Source: Clostridia bacterium (GTDB lineage Bacteria; Bacillota; Clostridia; Christensenellales; CAG-314). From it: a DNA stretch of 42,680 bases. A program made the position numbers and the translations under genes. Positions 16,017-25,733 of this stretch are shown piece after piece; position 1 is the stretch's first letter; each line of letters opens with the position of its first letter. The stretch covers positions 1 through 42,680 of the forward strand of contig JAFTHO010000098.1 of assembly GCA_017457385.1 (NCBI GenBank), given 5' to 3'. A model generated the notes under the pieces. That model worked only from the letters and a program-made list of their open reading frames with translations, searched no databases and had not been told where the DNA came from.

Positions 16017-17540
16017 TTAAAGCAATGCCATTGCAATATTGCAATATATAACGAGTGACAATACGTCAACAATCGTTGTGATAAATGGGTTTGCAACAAC
16101 AGCCGGGTCAAGACGAAGTTTTTTTGCAAGCAAAGGCAACGAACAACCAACAATCTTTGACAAAATGACTGTGGCAAACATTGCGATAGATATTACCAGT
16201 GCAATCATCAGATTTTCTGCAACACCATCAATTACAATAAGTTTTACAAAGCAGAATACTGACAAAATTGCACCGAGCAAAATAGAAACTCTGAATTCTT
16301 TCCACAATACTCGCAAAATATCGCCAAATTCCACTTCTCTTATGGCAAGACAACGAATAATTGTTGCAGATGCCTGACCGCCGGCATTACCACCCGTACC
16401 CATAAGCATTGGGATAGACGCCGTGAGAGTGATTGAGAAGGCCAAAGTTGCCTCGTTTGCCTCAATGAGCATACCAGAAAAAGTTGCCGAAATCATCAAA
16501 AACAACAGCCAAGGCAATCTATTCCAGCACAAACGCCATACACTTGTTTTAAGATATGGTTTGTCTGTTGGTGTGATAGCGGCCATTTTTGAGATATCTT
16601 CCGTTGCTTCTTCCTGCAGGATATCCATGGCGTCGTCGATTGTGACGATACCAACAAGTCGGTTTTCTTTGTCAACGACAGGCAATGCCAAAAAGTCATA
16701 TTTGTCAAACTCGTTGGCAACAACTTCTCGGTCGGTGTCAACTTCGACAGACACAATGTTTGTTTCCATAATTTCGGAAATTTTTGTGTCCATGCTGTTG
16801 AGCATAAGTGATCTTGCACTTACTACACCCAAAAGTTCACGCTTATCGTCGGTTACGTAACAAGTATAAACAGTTTCGCTGTCAATACCCGTTTTGCGGA
16901 TTTTGTCAAAAGCCTGCGCAACGGTAAAGTCTTTGCTGAATCGAACGTATTCGACAGTCATTATACTGCCGGCACTGTCTTTTGGATATTTTAAAATCTG
17001 GTTGATAGTTTCGCGCGTTTCTTTGTCTGCGTGTTTGAGCATCCTGATAACAATGTTTACAGGCATGTCTTCGATGATGTCAACTGCGTCGTCGACAAAC
17101 AATTCGTCCATCATCAACTGCAACTCTTTATCGCTGAATGCCGTGATCAAAACTTCTTGCAGGTCACTGTCAAGTTCTACAAAAGTATCTGCTGCAACGT
17201 CTCTTGGCAAAAGCCTGAAAACAAACGGTAACTGTTTTTTGGGGATTTCCTGAAAAAAGTCTGCAAGGTCGATAGGCTCCATCTCTGCAAGCAAAGGTCT
17301 GAGGTCAAGAAAATATTTTTCTTCAAACAATTGTCCTGCAAGATTTTCACGGGCTTCGATTTCCATCTCGACAAAAGTATCAAGTGCAAGTTTTTTTGGC
17401 AACAGTCTGAATACGTCAACCAACGAATCTTCTGGAACCAGAGTTAAAAATTCTGCAATATCTTCTGGCTGTTCTTCGCTCAAAATTTGTTTAAGCACGT
17501 CTATTTGATTGTCTTCGAGCAAAGTAAGCAATTCTTTCAT
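16017..17540 (-). CDS. mgtE: Magnesium transporter MgtE
   Basis: MgtE N-domain, tandem CBS domains and the TM domain (GNAGGQASATIIR) are present. Start set at ATG 17538-17540 (MKELLTLLEDNQ), preceded by AAAGGAGGAATCAG. The 31 upstream codons of the track ORF run through the M-box terminator. Confidence 0.92.
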   Translation of the reverse strand: MKELLTLLEDNQIDVLKQILSEEQPEDIAEFLTLVPEDSLVDVFRLLPKKLALDTFVEMEIEARENLAGQLFEEKYFLDLRPLLAEMEPIDLADFFQEIPKKQLPFVFRLLPRDVAADTFVELDSDLQEVLITAFSDKELQLMMDELFVDDAVDIIEDMPVNIVIRMLKHADKETRETINQILKYPKDSAGSIMTVEYVRFSKDFTVAQAFDKIRKTGIDSETVYTCYVTDDKRELLGVVSARSLMLNSMDTKISEIMETNIVSVEVDTDREVVANEFDKYDFLALPVVDKENRLVGIVTIDDAMDILQEEATEDISKMAAITPTDKPYLKTSVWRLCWNRLPWLLFLMISATFSGMLIEANEATLAFSITLTASIPMLMGTGGNAGGQASATIIRCLAIREVEFGDILRVLWKEFRVSILLGAILSVFCFVKLIVIDGVAENLMIALVISIAMFATVILSKIVGCSLPLLAKKLRLDPAVVANPFITTIVDVLSLVIYCNIAMALL

Positions 17541-17561
17541 CTGATTCCTCCTTTTTGACGA

Positions 17562-17775
17562 TAAAAAAGGCTTTGTCAAACCCGAATGATGACAAAGCCA
17601 AAAATACAAGAAATTTGATATATCATCGTCCAAGCTTTAGCATCACAGGGCGATGAAACTGCATTAGGTTATGCCTTGCGTTCGACATATCCTGCTGACC
17701 AACTCAAAGTGTCTCCACACTTCTGCGGTAGCAATCCGTATCCCTGTGGTAGCCTTACCTACCGAATATTTTATC
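17562..17775 (-). promoter_or_regulatory. M-box (ykoK-type Mg2+) riboswitch with intrinsic terminator
   Basis: Minus strand reads TTCGGTAGGTAAGGCTACCACAGGGATACGGATTGCTACCGC ... GCTAAAGCTTGGACGA. This resembles the B. subtilis mgtE M-box blocks GTTAGGTGAGGCT, GATACG..TGCTGCC and CTAAAGCTC as I recall them. The terminator pairs ggctttgtc (17569-17577) with gacaaagcc (17591-17599) and is followed by a U-run. Confidence 0.85.
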
Positions 17776-17782
17776 TACTAAT

Positions 17783-17811
17783 GTTATATGAAAAAATTTG
17801 CAATTTGTCAA
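17783..17811 (-). promoter_or_regulatory. SigmaA-like promoter driving the M-box and mgtE
   Basis: Minus strand reads TTGACA (17806-17811), a 17-nt spacer, then TATAAC (17783-17788). Confidence 0.5.
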
Positions 17812-17841
17812 CAGTATTTGCATACAAAGTTGTTGACAAAT

Positions 17842-17875
17842 CAAAAAAATAAAACCTCTCACAAAGAGAGGTTTT
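17842..17875 (-). terminator. Rho-independent terminator after the ispH-S1 gene
   Basis: aaaacctctc (17851-17860) pairs with gagaggtttt (17866-17875) with a 5-nt loop. A U-run follows on the minus strand. Confidence 0.75.
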
Positions 17876-17883
17876 AAAATCAA

Positions 17884-19833
17884 TTATTCTTTGTCTGCTT
17901 TTGCTTCTTGTGGTTGTTCCATAGTAGCTTTTCTTGACAAAGTTACACGTTTGCTTTCTGGATTGAATTCTGTGATAGCAACGTCGATTTCATCGCCAAC
18001 TTTAAGCACTTTTTTGATGTCGTCAACCCATTCCCATGATACGTTAGAAACATGGAGCAAACCGTCTACACCTGGAGCGATTTCTACAAATGCACCAAAT
18101 GGAAGGATACGAGCAACTTTACCTTTTGTTACACTGCCAACAGGGAAAGATTCGTATGCGATTTGCCATGGATCTGGCAAAAGTTGTTTGTAACCGATAG
18201 ACACTCTGTTAGATTCTCTGTCGAGTTTGAGAACTACAAATTCATAAGTTTTGTTGAGTTCCAAAACTTCAGATGGATCTTTTACTGCTGTCCAAGACAA
18301 GTCACTTACGTGAGCAAGGCAGTCAAAACCTCTTACGTTAACGAAAGCACCGAAAGAAGCAAATCTTACAACTTGACCTTCTACGATTTCACCAACTTCG
18401 ATATTTGACCAGAAGTTGTCTTCTTTAGCTTTCTTTTCAGCTTCGATCAAAACTTTTTGACTTGCAACGATTTTTCTCTTGCTGTCGTCAATGCCGTCAG
18501 GAAGAGCAACCAATCTGAGTTTTTTGCCAACGTATTTTGACAAATCTTTTACAAAACCAGAACGGATTTGTGATGCTGGTACAAATACTGTATAGCTGCC
18601 GAGTTTAGAAAGCAAACCACCGTTTACCGCTCTGCTTGCTACCAATGAAAATTCTTTGCCTTGTTTGATTTCTTCTACCAAAGCATCGTCTTTGTACAAT
18701 TCTTCGATAGCTTTTCTTGAAAGGATAATATCTTTATCAGCAGACAAAACAACAACTTCGATTGTCTCGCCCAGTTTAAGATTTTCTTTCGCAGTTTGAT
18801 AATCCCCATCCAAAGCGATTTCGTCATTAGGGATAAAGCCTTCTTTTTTAGAGAAGTCAAAGTTAAGGTTGATACCTGCATCACTGATGAAAGTAATTCT
18901 GCCTTTGAGTTTTTGACCCTTTTTCAAAGACTTTTTGTTCAACTTTTCGATTGCGTTGATGAACAATTCGTTGTCTGATACGACAGTTTCAATGTTGTTG
19001 TCTTTAGTTTGTTCAGCCATTTTTGCTAAAACCTCCTCAATCAACTCACTTGGAGTTGACGCTCCTGCTATGATACCTATATTTTCTGTATATGAAAAGT
19101 CAAAATTTTCAAGTTCATCCACCCTTTCGATACTCACGACGTTTTTGCACAAACCTGAGCAAATTTCCGCAAGACGACGGGTATTTGAGCTGTTTTTGCC
19201 ACCGACCACAATGACAGAATCACATTGTGATGCTACTTGCGCAGCATATTTTTGCCTCTCCGTAGTAGTATAACAAATAGTGTTAAAAATTTCAAGTATT
19301 TTGTTGTTATCTTTGCCAAGATTTTCGATAGCTTTTTGCACTTTTTCTACGTTGTAAGTGGTCTGAAACAGTACAAAAACCTTGTCAAACGCAGATAAAT
19401 CGAGTTTTTGACTACCATCCGTTATAATTGCAGAATTGTCACACCAACCGTTCACACCAATAATTTCAGGATGATCTTTGTGGCCGATAATGACAATCTG
19501 ATAATTTTTTTTATAATATTCTGTTGCCTTGTCGTGCAAAATCTTTACAAACGGGCAGGTTGTATCCACAATATTTATACCTTTGCTCTCGCAAAAGTCA
19601 AAAATATATTTTGATGCACCGTGTGCAGTAATGATTAGAGTATCTCCTTTTTTAAGGTTTGATACGTCATCAATAATTGTTATCCCCTTGTCTTCCAGCT
19701 GTTTTACCACAAGCGGATTGTGCACGATTTCGCCAAGACAATATACGTTTTCTCCCGCATTGTCCAAAGCCATTTTAACAGCTCTTTTTACACCGGAGCA
19801 AAAACCATTGTTTTTAGGCTGAATTATTTTCAA
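17884..19833 (-). CDS. ispH: Bifunctional 4-hydroxy-3-methylbut-2-enyl diphosphate reductase (IspH/LytB) fused to ribosomal protein S1-like repeats
   Basis: The N-terminal ~280 aa match the IspH pattern (GFCSGVKRAV, TAHG, TCPFV, NTIC..T). The C-terminal ~360 aa carry four S1 motifs (e.g. GEIVEGQVVRFASFGAFVNV, GSVTKGKVARILPFGAFVEI). A TTG start overlaps the plsC stop. Confidence 0.9.
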   Translation of the reverse strand: MKIIQPKNNGFCSGVKRAVKMALDNAGENVYCLGEIVHNPLVVKQLEDKGITIIDDVSNLKKGDTLIITAHGASKYIFDFCESKGINIVDTTCPFVKILHDKATEYYKKNYQIVIIGHKDHPEIIGVNGWCDNSAIITDGSQKLDLSAFDKVFVLFQTTYNVEKVQKAIENLGKDNNKILEIFNTICYTTTERQKYAAQVASQCDSVIVVGGKNSSNTRRLAEICSGLCKNVVSIERVDELENFDFSYTENIGIIAGASTPSELIEEVLAKMAEQTKDNNIETVVSDNELFINAIEKLNKKSLKKGQKLKGRITFISDAGINLNFDFSKKEGFIPNDEIALDGDYQTAKENLKLGETIEVVVLSADKDIILSRKAIEELYKDDALVEEIKQGKEFSLVASRAVNGGLLSKLGSYTVFVPASQIRSGFVKDLSKYVGKKLRLVALPDGIDDSKRKIVASQKVLIEAEKKAKEDNFWSNIEVGEIVEGQVVRFASFGAFVNVRGFDCLAHVSDLSWTAVKDPSEVLELNKTYEFVVLKLDRESNRVSIGYKQLLPDPWQIAYESFPVGSVTKGKVARILPFGAFVEIAPGVDGLLHVSNVSWEWVDDIKKVLKVGDEIDVAITEFNPESKRVTLSRKATMEQPQEAKADKE

Positions 19834-20456
19834 CTTTTTATAACTCCCTTTTCAACAAGTGTTTTTATCATTTTTTCGTGAAGTTCTTCAAAACGTTGTT
19901 CTACGATTTTTGATGCGTTTGAAAGCACATCGTTGCTGAGTCTTTGTCCATAAAATTCGCTCAGATCAAATTCTTCACCAACAAACAGATAGTTTTTCTT
20001 TAAAAAGCGTGGTTTTCGCCAGAACATTGCAATTCTCACCGGTGCCTGTGACTTTACTGCCAGCATAACAAGACCGTTTTTCAACTGCAACATTTCGTTT
20101 TCGTTGCCTTTGTTTCTTGTACCTTCTGGAAAAAGCATAAAGATTTTGTCGTTTTTGAGCAAAGTCAACGCAGTTTTGATAGACGTGATGTCTGCCCCAC
20201 TTCTGTCTATTGGCACAACGCCCATTTTTTTAAAAAACCATGCAGGAATTTTGCGTTTGAACAACTCTTTTTTGCCCCAGAAATGAAAACGCGGCTTAAG
20301 TTTGCATCCAACGATAATAGGATCCATATTTGACAAATGGTTTACTGCAAAAACAGTCTTTTTGTTTTCAAGTTTTTTGGGACCAACAACTTTTGTAGGA
20401 AAAGCAAGTTTAAACACCCATCCTGCAAGGCCCTTCATAAAGCCATAAAAACTCAT
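19830..20456 (-). CDS. plsC: 1-acyl-sn-glycerol-3-phosphate acyltransferase
   Basis: Acyltransferase motifs NHLSNMDP (HX4D) and FPEGTR are present. Confidence 0.85.
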   Translation of the reverse strand: MSFYGFMKGLAGWVFKLAFPTKVVGPKKLENKKTVFAVNHLSNMDPIIVGCKLKPRFHFWGKKELFKRKIPAWFFKKMGVVPIDRSGADITSIKTALTLLKNDKIFMLFPEGTRNKGNENEMLQLKNGLVMLAVKSQAPVRIAMFWRKPRFLKKNYLFVGEEFDLSEFYGQRLSNDVLSNASKIVEQRFEELHEKMIKTLVEKGVIKS

Positions 20457-20459
20457 AAA

Positions 20460-21113
20460 TTATTTAATCCTGTTCAACAATTCTTCTACAACCTGGTCAA
20501 TTGACATAGTTGTTGTATCAAATTCAAATGCATCGTCTGCTTTTTTGAGTGGAGCAAAAGCACGTGTAGAGTCGTTTCTGTCACGTGTTACGATATCTGT
20601 CAAAACTTCGTCATAAGAAACGTTCTGACCCTTTTCCATCAATTCTTTAAAGCGTCTGTTTGCCCTTTCTTCTGCAGTTGCAGTGATGAAAAATTTATAA
20701 TTTGCATCTGGCAAAACATAAGTGCCAATATCTCTGCCGTCAAGAATGCAATCGTTTTTCTTTGCAATTTCTCTTTGAAGTTCTACAAGTTTGAGTCTTA
20801 CTGCAGGGATTGCAGAAACGTCGCTTGCAGCCATAGAAACGGCGTGTTCTCTGATCAAACCAGTTACGTTTTCGCCATCAAGAAAAATGTTTTGCACGTC
20901 GTCTACGTATTTGATTTCTACACTTGTAGTTGGCAACATAGCCTCTACTGCAGGGATATCACGAGTGTTGATGCCAAGTTTTAATGCTTTGAGACCGATT
21001 GCTCTGTACATTGCACCTGTATCGAGATACAAAATGCCAAGTTTTTTTGCCACAATTTTTGCCGCAGTGCTTTTGCCTGCACCAGCAGGACCATCTATTG
21101 CAATGTTTTTCAT
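20460..21113 (-). CDS. cmk: Cytidylate kinase
   Basis: IAIDGPAGAGKSTAAKIVAKKLGILYLDTGAMYRA is present. Start set at ATG 21111-21113 (RBS AGAGAGGA plus 7 nt). The track start at 21143 is a TTG. Confidence 0.92.
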   Translation of the reverse strand: MKNIAIDGPAGAGKSTAAKIVAKKLGILYLDTGAMYRAIGLKALKLGINTRDIPAVEAMLPTTSVEIKYVDDVQNIFLDGENVTGLIREHAVSMAASDVSAIPAVRLKLVELQREIAKKNDCILDGRDIGTYVLPDANYKFFITATAEERANRRFKELMEKGQNVSYDEVLTDIVTRDRNDSTRAFAPLKKADDAFEFDTTTMSIDQVVEELLNRIK

Positions 21114-21127
21114 AAAAAAATCCTCTC

Positions 21128-22348
21128 TTATTCTTCTGTACAACCCATTCCTGCAAGATAACCTGTAGAAAAGGCTATTTGTAAATTAAAACCACCAGTA
21201 ACTGCATCTACGTCAATGATTTCACCCGCAAAATACAAATTATCCACAAGTTTGCTCTTCATATTATTAGGGACAATTTGTTTTACGTCAATGCCACCGC
21301 TTGTAACTATTGCATAAGTGATATCTTCCAGTCCCAAAAGGTCAAACTCAAGATTTTTGAGCAATTTTACAAGATAATGACGTTGTTCTGACGTGATCTG
21401 ATGCACTTTTGTGTCAAGTGGAATTTTTGATTTTTTAAGTATAACCGAAATAAGACTGCGTGGCAACAAATTATCCAGCGAATTTGAAAACTGCTTGTTT
21501 GAAAACTCTGCAAAATCACGCTGTACCCGAAGGTCAAGTTCTTTTTCACTCAAAGCAGGTTTAAGGTCAATTGATACTTTGAGCTGAGAAAAATCCTGTC
21601 TGTTGATCTTGCTTGACAAAGTGAGCACAGTTGGGCCAGAAACACCATGGTGAGTAAACAGCATTTCGCCAAATTCTTCGTACAGTACCTTTTGATTTTT
21701 GACAATTTTTACTTTTACGTTTTTGAGAGCAAGTCCTGCAAGATCAGATGGAGAATTTGCCTTGAGGCCAACAAGACCTGCAACGGGTTTTATCACGTTG
21801 TGGCCTGCTTTTTTGGCCATTTCAAGACCACTTCCGTCACTGCCTGTCGTTGGATAACTAACGCCACCCGTACACAAAATATATTTGTCTGCAGACATTT
21901 TGCCAATATCCGTAACAACGTTTTCTATTTTGTTGTCATTTATTTCAAAAGCAAATGCATTTGTGTTATACACAATTTTTACACCAAGTCTGTGCATAAC
22001 TTTTTCCAATGTTTTAGTTACGTCGCTTGCTTTGTCTGACTCTGGAAAAACCCTGTTGCCTCTTTCCGTTTTGATTTTAAGACCGTTTTTCTTTAAAAAC
22101 TCCATCAAATCATATGGAGAAAAGGTATACAAAGCACTCATCAAAAACTTTTTGTTAGTAACTACGTTTTCTAAAAACTCCGTTACTTCGCAATCGTTTG
22201 TGACGTTGCAACGTCCTTTGCCGGTTATATATATTTTTTTGCCGAGTTTTTCGTTTTTTTCTATCAAAGTGACTTGTGCGCCATTTTGCGCTGCACAAAT
22301 TGCAGCCATCATACCTGCGGCACCACCACCAATTACTATAACTTTCAT
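21128..22348 (-). CDS. NAD(P)/FAD-dependent oxidoreductase, HI0933/YhiN family
   Basis: N-terminal dinucleotide fold VIVIGGGAAGMMAA and GKKIYITGKGRCNVTN, typical of HI0933-like flavoproteins. 406 aa. Confidence 0.8.
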   Translation of the reverse strand: MKVIVIGGGAAGMMAAICAAQNGAQVTLIEKNEKLGKKIYITGKGRCNVTNDCEVTEFLENVVTNKKFLMSALYTFSPYDLMEFLKKNGLKIKTERGNRVFPESDKASDVTKTLEKVMHRLGVKIVYNTNAFAFEINDNKIENVVTDIGKMSADKYILCTGGVSYPTTGSDGSGLEMAKKAGHNVIKPVAGLVGLKANSPSDLAGLALKNVKVKIVKNQKVLYEEFGEMLFTHHGVSGPTVLTLSSKINRQDFSQLKVSIDLKPALSEKELDLRVQRDFAEFSNKQFSNSLDNLLPRSLISVILKKSKIPLDTKVHQITSEQRHYLVKLLKNLEFDLLGLEDITYAIVTSGGIDVKQIVPNNMKSKLVDNLYFAGEIIDVDAVTGGFNLQIAFSTGYLAGMGCTEE

Positions 22349-23091
22349 TTAAAAATATCCTCAACTTTTTTGAGAGAAGTGTGATCCACCATAGAAAAAG
22401 TCAGCGGAGTGATTGTTATGTATCCAAGATCAAGATATTTTACGTCAGTTTCTTCGTCAATATCGCCATAATATTTTGGATAACCTTTGATATAAAAATT
22501 TTCGCCTTCCTGCACGTAATGATCGCCATAGTCACGATTTCCCTGCACGGCAATTTTTATACCCTTTATCTCTGTTTTTGTGCTGTCAGGCAGATTTACG
22601 TTGATGACTTTATCTGGTTGTGCGGCAAGCACAAGTTTGTCAAGATTTTTCACGATAAAATCCGCACAAAAATCATAGTCATTGTCGTCATATGAAGTTG
22701 AAGAAACTGCTATTGACGGTATACCAAGAATGTTTGCCTCTATGCATGCAGCAACTGTGCCTGAATATACAACGTCAGAACCGACGTTTCCACCTTTGTT
22801 TATGCCGGATACAACCAGATCAAAATCAAGTTTGAGTTGATATTTTGCAAATTTTATGCAATCAACAGGCGTACCCTCGAGCGCAAAGGCATTTTTTATG
22901 CCAAAACAAGCATAATCATCAATTTTTTGCACTCTTACGGGGTCTCTCAATGACATATGATGACCAACAGACGACATCTCATATTTTGGTGCAACAACCA
23001 AAATTTCGTGCTGAGTTTTTGTAATTGCACTTATCATAGCTTTTATACCAGGTGCAAAAATGCTGTCGTCGTTTACTAATAAAATTTTCAT
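22345..23091 (-). CDS. surE: 5'/3'-nucleotidase SurE
   Basis: MKILLVNDDSIFAPGI, SGINKGGNVG and YSGTVAA motifs are present. Confidence 0.9.
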   Translation of the reverse strand: MKILLVNDDSIFAPGIKAMISAITKTQHEILVVAPKYEMSSVGHHMSLRDPVRVQKIDDYACFGIKNAFALEGTPVDCIKFAKYQLKLDFDLVVSGINKGGNVGSDVVYSGTVAACIEANILGIPSIAVSSTSYDDNDYDFCADFIVKNLDKLVLAAQPDKVINVNLPDSTKTEIKGIKIAVQGNRDYGDHYVQEGENFYIKGYPKYYGDIDEETDVKYLDLGYITITPLTFSMVDHTSLKKVEDIFK

Positions 23092-23102
23092 TTGCCCTCT
23101 TT

Positions 23103-23135
23103 TAAAAATCAGTCAGGCAAATGCCTGACTGATTT
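23103..23135 (-). terminator. Rho-independent terminator after the decarboxylase operon
   Basis: Near-perfect palindrome aaatcagtcaggca/tgcctgactgattt (23106-23135), followed on the minus strand by UUUU. Confidence 0.75.
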
Positions 23136-23137
23136 AA

Positions 23138-24535
23138 TCAAACTGGTAAAACTTTGTTGTTTTTGTCGTAGATTTGTGAGTCTACACCATATTTTTTAGC
23201 TTGCCTGTATTTAAAGAAGTTGAGCGCAACCTGTTGGAATACTGCGTAGCTCAAAATGTCTTCTTCCTGTTCGTAATATTCTTTGATTTCATCTCTGAAT
23301 TTGTCAAGCTCTGGTGCAAGATCATCTGCAGGTCTGTGATCAATTGTTGGAGTGTCACCCAAAATTTGTTTTACAACTTCTGGATCTGGTTGAGCAGGCA
23401 ATCTGCCATATTCACCACGCAAAACACCCTTTGATTCGTTTGTAACGGCAGAATATCTCTTGCCTGTCAAAACGTTGAGTACGGCTTGCGTACCAACGAT
23501 CTGGCTTGAAGGAGTAACCAAAGGTGGATAACCAAAGTCTTTGCGAACGCGTGGAACTTCTGCCAATGCTTCCTCCAGCTTGTCGCTCTTGCCTTGTTGT
23601 TTGAGTTGGCTGATAAGGTTTGAAAGCATACCGCCCGGTACCTGATAGATAAGAGCGTTTACGTCAACTTTCAAAACTTTTTGAGTAAGGAAGCCATCGT
23701 CCATAAGACGTTTTGCAACACCTTTGAAGTGATCGTTGATTTCTGCAAGTAAAGCAAGATCAAGACCAGTGTCATATTCTGTATCACGAAGTGCAGCAAC
23801 CATAGATTCTGTTGCAGGCTGACTTGTGCCGTCACCAAGAGCAGAAAGTGCCGTATCAATGATGTCAACGCCTGCTTCCACTGCTTTCATGTATACCATA
23901 TTGCCAGTGCCGGCAGTGTTGTGAGTATGCAAATGGATAGGAACTTTTACTGCTGATTTGAGTGCTTTGATGAGTTCATAAGCTTCGTATGGCAACAAAA
24001 CGCCCGCCATATCTTTGATACAAATGATATCTGCACCCATTTGTTCCATTTCTTGTGCAAGTTTTACAAAATATTCTCTTGTATGAACAGGGCTTGTTGT
24101 ATATGACATTGCAATTTCGCAAGTGCCACCAAATTTTTTGCATGCTTTTACTGCAGTTTCGATATTGCGTGTATCGTTGAGTGCGTCAAAAATACGGATG
24201 ATGTCAATACCATTTTTGATAGAAAGCTCTACAAACTTTTCTACAACGTCATCTGCATAGTGTCTGTAACCCAAAAGGTTTTGACCACGCAAAAGCATTT
24301 GCAATTTTGTGTTAGGCAATGCTTTGCGCAAAGCACGGAGTCTGTCCCATGGGTCTTCGTTCAAAAAGCGAAGGCAACTGTCAAAAGTTGCGCCACCCCA
24401 TACTTCCAAAGAGTGATAGCCAACTTTGTCGAGTTTTTCGCACATAGGGAGCATTTCTTCAAGGCGCATTCTAGTTGCAGCCTGAGATTGGTGTGCATCC
24501 CTGAAAATTGTATCTGTAATTAAAACTTTTTTCAT
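23138..24535 (-). CDS. Oxaloacetate decarboxylase alpha-type / transcarboxylase 5S-type carboxyltransferase, lacking a biotinyl domain
   Basis: ITDTIFRDAHQS, EVWGGATFD, MLLRGQNLLGY and HLHTHNTAG are typical of the PYC/OADA carboxyltransferase family. At 465 aa there is no C-terminal AMKM biotin domain. Confidence 0.85.
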   Translation of the reverse strand: MKKVLITDTIFRDAHQSQAATRMRLEEMLPMCEKLDKVGYHSLEVWGGATFDSCLRFLNEDPWDRLRALRKALPNTKLQMLLRGQNLLGYRHYADDVVEKFVELSIKNGIDIIRIFDALNDTRNIETAVKACKKFGGTCEIAMSYTTSPVHTREYFVKLAQEMEQMGADIICIKDMAGVLLPYEAYELIKALKSAVKVPIHLHTHNTAGTGNMVYMKAVEAGVDIIDTALSALGDGTSQPATESMVAALRDTEYDTGLDLALLAEINDHFKGVAKRLMDDGFLTQKVLKVDVNALIYQVPGGMLSNLISQLKQQGKSDKLEEALAEVPRVRKDFGYPPLVTPSSQIVGTQAVLNVLTGKRYSAVTNESKGVLRGEYGRLPAQPDPEVVKQILGDTPTIDHRPADDLAPELDKFRDEIKEYYEQEEDILSYAVFQQVALNFFKYRQAKKYGVDSQIYDKNNKVLPV

Positions 24536-24547
24536 ATTAAATCTCCA

Positions 24548-25723
24548 TTAAACACCAAAGAACGCAAGCAAAACACCTGCTGCTACGGCAGAACCAATAA
24601 CGCCTGCTACGTTTGGACCCATTGCGTGCATGAGCAAGTAGTTTTGAGGATCAGTTTCCTGACCAACTTTTTGCGCAACACGTGCAGCCATAGGAACGGC
24701 TGATACACCTGCCGCACCGATGAGTGGGTTGATTTTTCCACCAGAAAGTTTGCACATAAGTTTGCCGAACAACACACCACATGCAGTTGCAATGCAAAAT
24801 GCAGTAAGACCAAGACCAATGATAAACAAAGTTTGAATATCAAGGAATATATCACCACGTGCTTTTGCACCAACAACAACACCCAACATAATAGTGATAA
24901 TATTCATCAATTCGTTTTGTGCAGTTTTAACAAGTCTGTCACAAACCCCACTTTCTTTCATAAGGTTACCCAACATAAGCATACCTAAAAGTGGCAAAGA
25001 TGATGGCAAAATGATACCTACAACCAAAGTAACAGCAATTGGGAAAATAATTTTTTCCTTTTTAGAAACAGGTCTGAGTTGTTCCATACGGATTGCACGT
25101 TCTTTTTTAGTTGTGAGTGCTTTCATAATTGGTGGTTGAATTGCTGGAATCAATGCCATATACGAATATGCCGCTATTGCAATGATAGAAAGCAAATCAG
25201 GTGCCATTTTTGACGTTACGTAAATAGCCGTTGGACCGTCTGCACCACCTATGATACCGATTGATGCTGCTTCGAGAGCGTTAAAGCCAAGCAAAATTGC
25301 ACCAATGAAAGTTACAAAAATACCAATTTGGGCTGCAGCACCCAACAAAATGCTTTTTGGGTTTGCAATCATTGGACCAAAGTCGGTCATTGCACCAATG
25401 CCCAAAAAGATGAGTGGCGGGAAGATAACCAGGTCTACACCCTGATACAGGAAGTAGAACAAGCCACCCTTTTCTGTTTCACTTGGATGAGCAAATAAAA
25501 CCTCATATGCACCAGGTACGTTGATAATAAACATACCAAATGCAATAGGCAAGAGCAACAAAGGCTCAAATTTTTTGACTATCGCCAAGTAGAACAATAC
25601 AAATGAAATTGCTATCATGACATAGTTTTGCCAAAGTCCCCCTGACAAACCTGTGCTGTTCCAAAAGTTTATAAGGGTTTCGACAATGTCAGTTTCTAGC
25701 AAAGCTGAACTATAAAAACTCAT
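24548..25723 (-). CDS. Sodium ion-translocating decarboxylase beta subunit (OadB/MmdB/GcdB family)
   Basis: 391-aa polytopic membrane ORF. Size, topology and operon position (next to the biotin carrier and carboxyltransferase genes) fit the beta-subunit family. I identified no diagnostic motif from memory. Confidence 0.85.
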   Translation of the reverse strand: MSFYSSALLETDIVETLINFWNSTGLSGGLWQNYVMIAISFVLFYLAIVKKFEPLLLLPIAFGMFIINVPGAYEVLFAHPSETEKGGLFYFLYQGVDLVIFPPLIFLGIGAMTDFGPMIANPKSILLGAAAQIGIFVTFIGAILLGFNALEAASIGIIGGADGPTAIYVTSKMAPDLLSIIAIAAYSYMALIPAIQPPIMKALTTKKERAIRMEQLRPVSKKEKIIFPIAVTLVVGIILPSSLPLLGMLMLGNLMKESGVCDRLVKTAQNELMNIITIMLGVVVGAKARGDIFLDIQTLFIIGLGLTAFCIATACGVLFGKLMCKLSGGKINPLIGAAGVSAVPMAARVAQKVGQETDPQNYLLMHAMGPNVAGVIGSAVAAGVLLAFFGV

Positions 25724-25733
25724 TGTTTAACTC

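Noticed and set aside
17541-17633. N-terminal 31 codons of the track ORF for mgtE (TTG start)
   Set aside because: These codons run through the M-box terminator hairpin. A canonical AAAGGAGG-ATG start follows at 17540, and its N-terminus matches MgtE.
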